Source: Octopus vulgaris
Lineage: Eukaryota
DNA length: 64,000 bases
Direction of reading: 5' to 3'
Assembly (NCBI GenBank): GCA_951406725.2
Contig: OX597821.1
Span: 27,962,001 to 28,026,000 of the forward strand
Shown here: piece by piece, positions 54,625 to 64,000 of the stretch
Layout: each line of letters starts with the position of its first letter
Position numbering within the stretch: the first letter of the stretch is position 1
The notes under the pieces: generated by a model
Seen by the model: the letters and a program-made list of their open reading frames with translations, nothing else
What the model was told of the DNA's origin: nothing
Database searches by the model: none
Program-made: the position numbers and the translations under genes

Positions 54625-55150
54625 GTATACAGACATAGCATGGAAATGAAGGCAGTGTTGCAATCTCTAAAGATACAAGGTGTCGGAGTGCAATACATGA
54701 AACTGCTGAGAGATGCCAATTCTGGATGTTCAATGGATATATCTCTACTTGCACAACCAGTAAGGTAGAGAACGGTGCCAAGCAAGGAAATATTCTCTCT
54801 CCAAACTTCTTTACCGTATGTCTAGAAATCATCATTAAGAACATTGATTGGATTGGTGGGGTGAACATCAATGGTGAGCAGCTATCATCGCTGAAACCAC
54901 AGACAATGTACAGGTTAAAAGGGGGTCGTCACCTTTGAGAGAGCAGGTATTCTGCATGAAGAATTTAAACGTGCTGCTCGAAAGCACACAGCTAGTGTAG
55001 TGAATGGGGAAAGCTTGGTTTGCAATGTTTGCAGTCGTGTATGCGTGTCAACGGAGCCTCAAATGCAAAATATATGTTAGCCCTAGAGCGCAGAATGTTC
55101 CTAAAGGTGAACAAAGGTCTTCCTCTGTCACGAATGGATGACCATGTTTG
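54625..55150 (+). mobile_element. RTE-clade LINE fragments (RT piece joined to a zinc-finger 3' end)
   Basis: GAKQGNILSPNFFTVCLEIII..W.GGVNINGEQLS, then ILHEEFKRAARK..LVCNVCSRVCVS. Confidence 0.75.
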
Positions 55151-55152
55151 TA

Positions 55153-55209
<57 letters not shown>

Positions 55210-55463
55210 ACACACACACGCACACACTCAAACTCACACATATATGCACGTGCGCGCACGCACACAAAGATACACATGCACTCATATAGATATTTCTTAT
55301 TTCTATGTTGGCTTGCAAGACTCCTGCTGTGAATTTGTGGGTTGAATCAAATATTGCTGTGTCTTGGGAGAGATATTAAGCTAATAATTATGCCACACTT
55401 ACAGGTTCAATTCCACTTCTTTTCTGTAAGTCAGCTGGTTAAATATCTAACAAACTAATCATT

Positions 55464-55672
55464 CGATGAGTCGCCATGATAGATCGTTAGCCACCACGCA
55501 CATTTTTGTATCTCCTTCTTTCTCTTTTTGTTTTTTCTGCGTCCCTTTCTGTAGAAGAGAGTAGGCTCGAAACGTAAAAGACTTTTTCTATTCCTGAGCG
55601 TTACACTAATACATCTGTTTGTTTTGTAAACCACCTGTCTTCGTCTTTTTTTTTTTTTTTCGTAAACGCTCC
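55464..55672 (+). mobile_element. HHR-like mini-element with 9-bp TSD
   Basis: HHR-like 55545-55580: CTTT-CTGTAGA-A-GAGAGTAGGCTC-GAAA-CG-TA-AAAG. Direct repeat CTAATCATT at 55455-55463 and 55673-55681. Confidence 0.8.
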
Positions 55673-55794
55673 CTAATCATTAGTTTGTTTAATGTACAGG
55701 TTGAGCTATCCATCGGTTTGTCGTAGTACGCGATCTATTCAGAGACTCAGTGACTTTCCCTTTCGCTAGGTATTCTCCCTGAGATTGAAAATTG

Positions 55795-56720
55795 GCCTTA
55801 TGTGTCTATGTATGCAAGCTTGCGTGTTATGTAGATGTCTGTTTGCTTAAAGGAGTAAATGTGAGAGTGAACGAAGAGTTTGTGTGTTTGTGTGTGTGCG
55901 TGAGTGTGTATACACGTATGCGTGGGTGTGTGTTGGCTGTTGTGTGTGTGTGTGTGTGTGTCAGTGTGTTTGTCGGTGTCTGTGCACTAGCTATCCGGTA
56001 CCTCTTCAAGGGTTCGACCTTTTGTTGTGGGCCCCTTCGCTTTCAGATTTTCTGCAGTGTTGTGGGTATAGGGTTTAGTTGTTTTTTATGAGCACGGTAA
56101 ATTTACTGCATTGTGTAGTAAAGTTGAATGGGATTGGTCAGTGTGCTTATGCACATGCACGCATGTGTGTGCGTGAGCATCTGCATGCGTGAATGTGTAT
56201 GAGTGTGTGAGAGATGGAGAGAGAGAGAGACAGATGGAGAGTGAGAACGTGTGTGTGTTGCACTTGAGAGCGTGTGGTCTGGTGTGCTTCTTCATGTGGC
56301 CGAGTCTCTTCTATGAGTGAGTGTGTGTGTTCGCATGTGTGTGTGTCTGTGTCTGAATGCGTGAGAGTGTTCTTCTGAGTGTATGGGTGCGCATCTGCTT
56401 GTGTGCGTGCGTATCTTCTTGTGTGCGTGTGTATTTGTTTGTGCGTGTGGTGCGACGTCTTTTCGTAATAGGTAAGCATATGTGTATACATTTGTGACTT
56501 TATGTGTTACTACGTACGTGTATCTGCGCTCATTTGCACATGTGCGTGTGCACGTATGTGTGTGCGAATACTGGACCATTTGTGTCGGTGTTTCGTGTGT
56601 AGGCACCCTGTGTGTATGTGTATTGTGTGTGTGTGTTTGTGTGTGTGCGTGAGTGGATGTGTGTACAGTTGTGTGTTCTTGTGCGTCTGTGTGATGTGTA
56701 TCTATTGCGTATAGTAAATG
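55795..56720. repeat. Degenerate (GT)-rich low-complexity tract
   Basis: Long imperfect dinucleotide repeats. Confidence 0.85.
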
Positions 56721-56722
56721 AT

Positions 56723-56767
<45 letters not shown>

Positions 56768-56771
<4 letters not shown>

Positions 56772-56900
56772 GGAAAGTTTACGAAAATAAACAAAAGACG
56801 AAAACCGGTGGTGTACAAAACAAACAGATGTATTAGTATAGCGTTCAGGAATAGAAAAAGTCTTTTACGTTTCGAGCCAATGCTCTTCTACACAAAAGTA
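56768..56900 (-). mobile_element. Truncated copy of the CTGTAGA mini-element
   Basis: Homologous to 45767-45890. Confidence 0.75.
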
Positions 56901-56935
56901 CACACACACACGCGCGCGCGCACACACACACACAT

Positions 56936-57007
<72 letters not shown>

Positions 57008-57470
57008 GCCCTTGTATCCTTCTGAGGCTTTCCCTACCTTGTCTATCACTACCTAAGCCTATACGTGTGCACATGTGTGAGTGTGCAACTGTGTGGATGT
57101 TTATGAATCTGCATTGGAACAGTTCTTATGTACATGTATTTATTTGTATGGTCTTATATATATTCTGCTGACGTTGTAACTCTATATTTTACGTAATTGC
57201 CTTTAGCACCGCATACATTACCACCTACCCACACAGACACACCCATGTATGCATATTCTGTGTGTGGCAGCAGTGGTGCTGAAGTTCTGCAACCGACTAA
57301 ACGATTAATCAGCATATTTAACAAACGATCGAATAATTAGTTGGTTAGATAATTAAGAAGATAACTAACAAAAACGATATGGAATTAAACTAGTAAGTGT
57401 TTTAATATTATTGGCGTAATGACTCTTCCATAACACAAATACACATCCACACCCACCCACCCACCCACAT

Positions 57471-57537
<67 letters not shown>

Positions 57538-57541
<4 letters not shown>

Positions 57542-59030
57542 AGATACAGAGGTTAAGAAACCATCTAAGGGATGTTAAATATCCAATATATTACTGTGTA
57601 CCTGCATATTTCTAATCAAGTGATTACTGTTGCATGGCAATATTGCAAAAGGATACTAGATATAGGTGGGGGTAAATTGGAAATTTACCCAGGATTTCTA
57701 AGGCAAATAAGAAAATGGAGAGGATATAGAATCGACAAACATCAGCCAGTACACATTCCATTATATCTATTTATTAAATGATGACAAACATTTGTTTAAG
57801 TGGTACATGTAAACGAATGAAATCAGCCAATAAATACATAAACAGATATATATATATAATAATAGATGAGTGTACAGATACAAATCCCTTACCGTCGTCT
57901 CTACCATGAGGCCTCAGAACCTTCCACGTCATTCTCATCATGTCAGTGATATACAGGGATGATCAAATATAGAGACTGGATAAATGTTGAGCCTCAAGGC
58001 TTCCTCAGAGTGTACAAATGTTAGGAAACTTACTTGTGGGAAATTCATTTAGAATAATAGAGTAGAGTAAAATAAGATATAATAGAATAAAATTGGTCAA
58101 AATAAAAATACATAAACATAATGTAAAATAATAGACATGGTAACGAAAGGTAAGAACTTCATTTTAAGATGATATTATATTCCATGGTATTCCACCCTGT
58201 GGTAAGTAAATAAGTTCACTCTCAGGAGATATATTTGTAGGCTGCGGGTTACATCGTGTTTCCATTATACTGCGGGACTTGAACTGCGCCATTGTTTTTA
58301 AAGTCACCTGACCAATTAGGTTGTGAGATTGACTTTGATCTCACCCCACTATGCATAGGGGTATTGGGATTGAGTTTCGGTCATCAAATATTAACATCGC
58401 AATTTGGGTATATTCTGAATTTCTTTCATGAATATACTTATGTATTCTTTTTCCCCTAACCGGTTCAATTTAAGTTATTTCTGCCAACTCCTTTCATAAT
58501 ACTATATCTATTAAATAGCGGTTAGCCTCTAAATTCTGAACCCTGTAATATGGACAATACTGTTAAACCCAGCACATAACATACTACCTTCACTATTTCC
58601 CTCAGTATAATAGAAGCACGCTGTAACCCGCAGCCTACGGATATATCACATGAGGGAGACATTATTTACTTACCACACTTTGGAAAAACGTAGATTATGA
58701 TAACAACTAAAACTGAAAATCTTAAGTTTCCTTACAATGTCTATTACATTATATTACATTATTTTTATATGTACATTTTTTTTTTACCTATTTTATTCTA
58801 TCTTAGCTACTTTATTATTCGAACTGAAATTTCCACTTGTTAGTTCCTTTTGTACATTTGTACTCTCTGAATAAGCATTGAGGCTCAACCATTATGCAAT
58901 CTCTGTCCAATGTTTGTTCATTCCTGTATATCACTGACGTGATGAGGATGACTTGGAAGGATCTGAGGCCCCATGGTAGAAACGGCCGTAAGGGATTTGT
59001 ATCTGTACACTCATCTATTATTATTCATTC

Positions 59031-59098
<68 letters not shown>

Positions 59099-59237
59099 GT
59101 TTATGTATTTATTGGCTGATTTCAATCGTTTACTTGTACCACTTAAACACATGTTTGTAATCATTTAATAGATAGATATAGGGAATGTGTACTGGCTGAC
59201 GTTTGTCCATTTTACATCCTCTCCATTTTCTTATTTG

Positions 59238-59241
<4 letters not shown>
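57538..59241. mobile_element. Long asymmetric inverted pLTR pair (about 580 bp arms) with long-stem-II HHRs
   Basis: 57701-58277 mirrors 58599-59241, with left tail 57538-57700. The right arm reads CT-CTGAATA..(105 nt)..GAAA-CGGCCG-TA-AG. The left arm (minus) has CTGAGGA. Confidence 0.88.
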
Positions 59242-59300
<59 letters not shown>

Positions 59301-59310
59301 CATGTATATA

Positions 59311-59354
<44 letters not shown>

Positions 59355-59599
59355 TACATACATACATACATATATACATATATACATACATACATATACA
59401 TACATACATACATACATATGTATATATTTTCGACTTCTATCATTGATGATATAGGTACTCATGTAGTACCCTTATGTATGTATGTACATATCTAATATTG
59501 TATGTATACATTTTATTAATCTGCCTGTACGTCTAATAATTCGCTTACCACTTGTGATAGTATTTTAATAATACCTTCCCTATATTTATTTATAAATGG

Positions 59600-59677
<78 letters not shown>

Positions 59678-59792
59678 ATACTTTTAAAGACGGGCAACCA
59701 GTGTCAGAGAATTCTTTGATTTAAAAAATAAAGTTAAGAGTGAAAGACGTGGAGATATGTCACAGCTGCCTTGTTTCTGATTGGAATTCACA

Positions 59793-60085
59793 AATTTTCT
59801 TAGTGATTAGAGTGTTGCACTCACGAGTGCGAGATCGTTTGTTCACTTCCCAGACCGGTCAATGGGTTGTGTTCTTGAGCAAAGCAATTCATTTCACGTA
59901 GCTGTGCGATCATTTCGATGTCTGACATGTGGCACCCAGTTGCACCTGTACACGTAACGCCGATTTGATTGTGGGAAGGAGCTTATCTCTGAACAAATAT
60001 TTGATCACTATAAGCAAATCATTTGTGTGGTTGTTTGGGAAGAGATTGTCGAATCCTCATGCGACGTCTTACGACGGGAGGGTTC
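59793..60085 (+). mobile_element. Diverged tRNA-derived SINE followed by (ATT)n
   Basis: CTTAGTGATTAGAG A-box relic, GTTCACTTCCC B-box relic and TTGTGTTCTTGAGCAAAG domain. The 3' end CGTCTTACGACGGGAG resembles 52531-52552. Confidence 0.7.
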
Positions 60086-60092
60086 ATTATTT

Positions 60093-60172
<80 letters not shown>

Positions 60173-60173
<1 letters not shown>

Positions 60174-61681
60174 TATGTTTGACTTTTGCTTTATGTCTGT
60201 ACAAGTTGGCTCCAAGTCTCACCCAAAGACCTCAAGAGACAACAGGTTGGAAGTCCTGTGCCATATATTTGGTTTTTTTTTTTTTTTTGGGTGGTGTACT
60301 AGTGAATGTCTAATACATAAAAATAAAATAAAAAATAAAAGAATAAAATAAAATAAAATAATATAAATAAATAAAAGTTTGTTTTAAACCTTGGGATTAC
60401 ATAGAGATTATTTTGCGTAGGATATGAGCAGTTCCCATGAGCACTATCTTTTGAATTTCTGCCATTTTGGGGTTTCCTGGTATCTGAGTTAGGTAGCAAT
60501 TAGTCCCTTTCGCTATCATTCCCAGGGCACCTCTGACAACAGGTATTGTTTTAGTCTTCAGCTTCCACATTTTGCTGATTTCTATTTCAAGATCTTTATA
60601 TTTGCTCAGTTTTTGGTAGGTCTTGACAGATACGTTTATATCGATTGGGACAGTCATATCAATGAGGAGGCATGTTCTTTGTCTGAAGTCTTTCAATATG
60701 ATGTCTGGCCTATTTGTACCTATCTTTCTGTCAGTTTGAATGGTGAAGTTCGAGAGGAATTAGATGTGATCATTTTCAAGCACTGGAGGTGTTCCTACCA
60801 GTTTTTATCATGGGGCAGGTCCAGGTTTTTGCAAATTACCCAGTGAATATATTGTGCAGCTCTATCATGCCTGTTGAGGTACTCTGTAGGCGCTAGAAGA
60901 CTGCATTTGGAGACAACATGATCAATTGTTTCATTTTGTTGTCGGCATACACGACATGTTGGGCTACTGCCGTTCTTTAATATGTTGGCCTGGTAGTTTC
61001 TTGTTGGTAGGCATTGATCTTGAGCTGCTATGATAAACCCCTCTGTTTCAGATTTTAAGCCAGAGGTCATTAGCCATTGATGGGTGAGGGCTTTGTCAAT
61101 ATCTGCATTATTCGCTCTCTTTGGGTATTTGCCATAGAGAGGTTTTTCTTGCCATTTATTATTCAGAATATCTAAGGCCGCAGTTTAGCACGGGTTTTCA
61201 TGCGCTTAGCTTTTTCTGTGCTTGTTTCTTGTATGTCTATCTCTAATTCCGAAATTGGTTGTATTCGGAATTCACTTAGATATTCCTTTGCCTGTTTTGT
61301 GACTGAGTATGATGCGTTCTTGTTTTCATGTTTTGAGACAAGTTTTAACATCCAGTCCTCAGAGTTTTTCAGGTAGGTGTCTAGGCCAATTGGTAGCAAT
61401 CTTCATTGTTATTGCCAGTTGTAAAAGACCACGGCCTCCCTCTTTTCTTGGCAGATAGAGTCGTTCTGTATCTGCCTTAGGGTGGTGCATTCTATGCATT
61501 GTCAACAGTTTCCTTATTTTTCTGTCGAGCTGACATATTTCAGTAATTGACCAGTTAACAATATTGAAACTGTAAGTCACGACTGGTATGGCTAATGCAT
61601 CGATCGCTTCGATCCTGTTTCTTGCATTCAGTTCTCTCTTGAGTATTGCTCTCACTCTTCGATATCATTCACTCCTGATCC

Positions 61682-61682
<1 letters not shown>
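60173..61682 (-). mobile_element. 5'-truncated R4/Dong-clade non-LTR retrotransposon in a (TAA)n tract
   Basis: Frameshifted ORF: RLYLPRKEGGRGL, AAQDQ.L, CRVC..ETIDHVVSKC (CCHC), RHD, PD..LIDMTVP..KLSKYKDL (REL endonuclease). (ATT)n on both flanks. Confidence 0.93.
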
Positions 61683-61742
<60 letters not shown>

Positions 61743-62320
61743 GTACAAATTTATAATAAAAACAAAGACGGAGACAGGTGTAGGAACAACAAGCAAGAGT
61801 ATTAGTTTGACACTTGCGTGTGTGTATGTGTGTGTGTTGGGGGTGCATGCACACGCATAACTGAGTCTATATAAGCATGTTTCTGCCCGTCTATCTATTA
61901 AGTTGATCCAAAAATGATGGCTGCTCCAAGTGTTGAGTTTTGAAACGGAATTTTGTCACAGTATTTTAATTATATTTTAGGTGAATTTCGACATAATTCA
62001 TGTATGCACGCTAAAAATTTTTTTACTTATTTCAGACGGAAAACATCATTAATTAGGAATATCACAAATAGGACCTTCACTTACTTCGGACATATTTTTG
62101 TCCTCACTTTGTATTTATTTTATCCGTATCTACTGCTCACACTTGGTAACTCTGCATGGTAGACACCGCTAACTCACCGGTCATCATTTAACCAATACTT
62201 CAATCATATTTCTGTTATGATATCACCCCAATGTTTAAGTTTGCTTTTCAGCAATTCAGGCAGTATACTCTGTATTACTTTTCCTCCGAGCTACTGCTAC
62301 AAATGCTTGTACATACATAC

Positions 62321-62379
<59 letters not shown>

Positions 62380-62429
62380 TGATTGATTCTAGTTTCAGCT
62401 CATGAGCTGTGGCCATGCTGGGGCACCGC

Positions 62430-62485
<56 letters not shown>

Positions 62486-62520
62486 GTATATACATGTATA
62501 TATATATCTACTTATATATG

Positions 62521-62566
<46 letters not shown>

Positions 62567-62582
62567 AATATATATATATGTA

Positions 62583-62649
<67 letters not shown>

Positions 62650-62785
62650 TATTTAAAAGCAGCAGAAATATAACAAAAGCTGTTTTGTTATAATTCTGCT
62701 GCTTTAAAATAAAGCATATTACTCTGCCTCTGGCATTTGAGTACTCTATTTTCCGTCTTGTTTCACATTTATGTGCTTGTATAAA
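62650..62785. repeat. Collapsed hairpin copy of the 41292-41499 family, HHR absent
   Basis: TTAAAAGCAGCAGAAATATAACAAAA-GCTG-TTTTGTTATAATTCTGCTGCTTTAAAA followed by the family tail. Confidence 0.8.
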
Positions 62786-63452
62786 TTCCTGCTTATGTGG
62801 GCGGGAGCCTATATTATTTTTTTAAAAACCTCTTTCTTTAGCTACAACTTTCTTCCACTTTTTATCTTTTTAGATATTAGCATTTTTTTATACTGTCAGT
62901 TTTTAATTCCAATCTTTGCTCTCATCTCTCTTTCTCTCTTTACTCTCTCACGCGCACATAACATCTCTAAGCTGAATACTGGCATTTCTTCTCTACGCTC
63001 TTCTCTCTATATTCAGTGCTAATACTAGATAATGTTGTTTCAATGCTTTGTTTATGCTACTTATTTTGAATGTTTTTTTGTTTTAATTTCACTGTTACCA
63101 AAAAGTGTTCTTTAATTAGCCATGACTTTATAATTAAACACGTTACTGACTACTCTATCATTGCAGCCGTTCCACGATCAGTAAATTAGTCAAAATGATC
63201 GAGGTCGATAAATTTGGTTATTGCTTCTTCTCCATCAGCCAACTACAGCGCTAATGAGCGTTTTTAATGAGGCAAGTGAGAAGTTTAGCCATCTGAAAAT
63301 AATTACTTCATATAGACGTATACCAGTACATACACACAAAATCCCACACACGCTCAAGCTCACATATACACGCATTCATTCAGCTACCCTACATCTTGAT
63401 AGAAGAACAGGTGCATACATACACAAAGACACACACAAGCATACACACACAC

Positions 63453-63780
<328 letters not shown>

Positions 63781-64000
63781 AAATTGCAGCATACAGTCAC
63801 AAAATTAGGCATTACATTTAATGTGGTCACGTGACATACATGTATATAGTATACTCACGTGCACACACATGTATGTTCTACATTAATTACGCCTACAAAC
63901 CCACACGCATACACATGTGTGCATGTATGTCATGCTTGCTGGCATCGTTGTTCATGGAATTTCATTCCGAACACGCAGTTAGTTTTTTCTTTCGGCTAGA

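Noticed and set aside
58940-58970. ATGA...AA...TGA SECIS-like pattern inside the long stem II
   Set aside because: The 3' strand is too short to form SECIS helix 2.

Overview
AT-rich, microsatellite-dense animal non-coding DNA. The SINE families and (TA)n/(ATT)n/(GATA)n load suggest an octopod cephalopod, most likely Octopus (inferred from repeat recognition, not searched). I cannot support any host protein-coding exon. Almost all listed ORFs are microsatellite translations or transposon debris. Recognisable mobile elements: five decayed mariners, a two-left-ended mariner derivative, a small Tc1/mariner-like deletion element, a Chapaev-like transposase pseudogene, a non-autonomous Helitron, RTE fragments, a 5'-truncated R4/Dong LINE in (TAA)n, and about 10 tRNA-derived SINE copies. 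The most striking unexplained layer is about 20 type-I hammerhead ribozyme (HHR) or HHR-like motifs from at least 8 sequence families. They sit in Penelope-like pseudo-LTR (pLTR) modules, mostly beside (TA)n tracts and often as asymmetric inverted pairs, and two such regions retain GIY-YIG endonuclease remnants. Several HHRs are fully canonical (43107-43157 and its mirror 41596-41646; 43366-43408; 26829-26874). Others have 58-105 nt stem-II insertions or recurrent core variants. All folds and alignments were done by eye.
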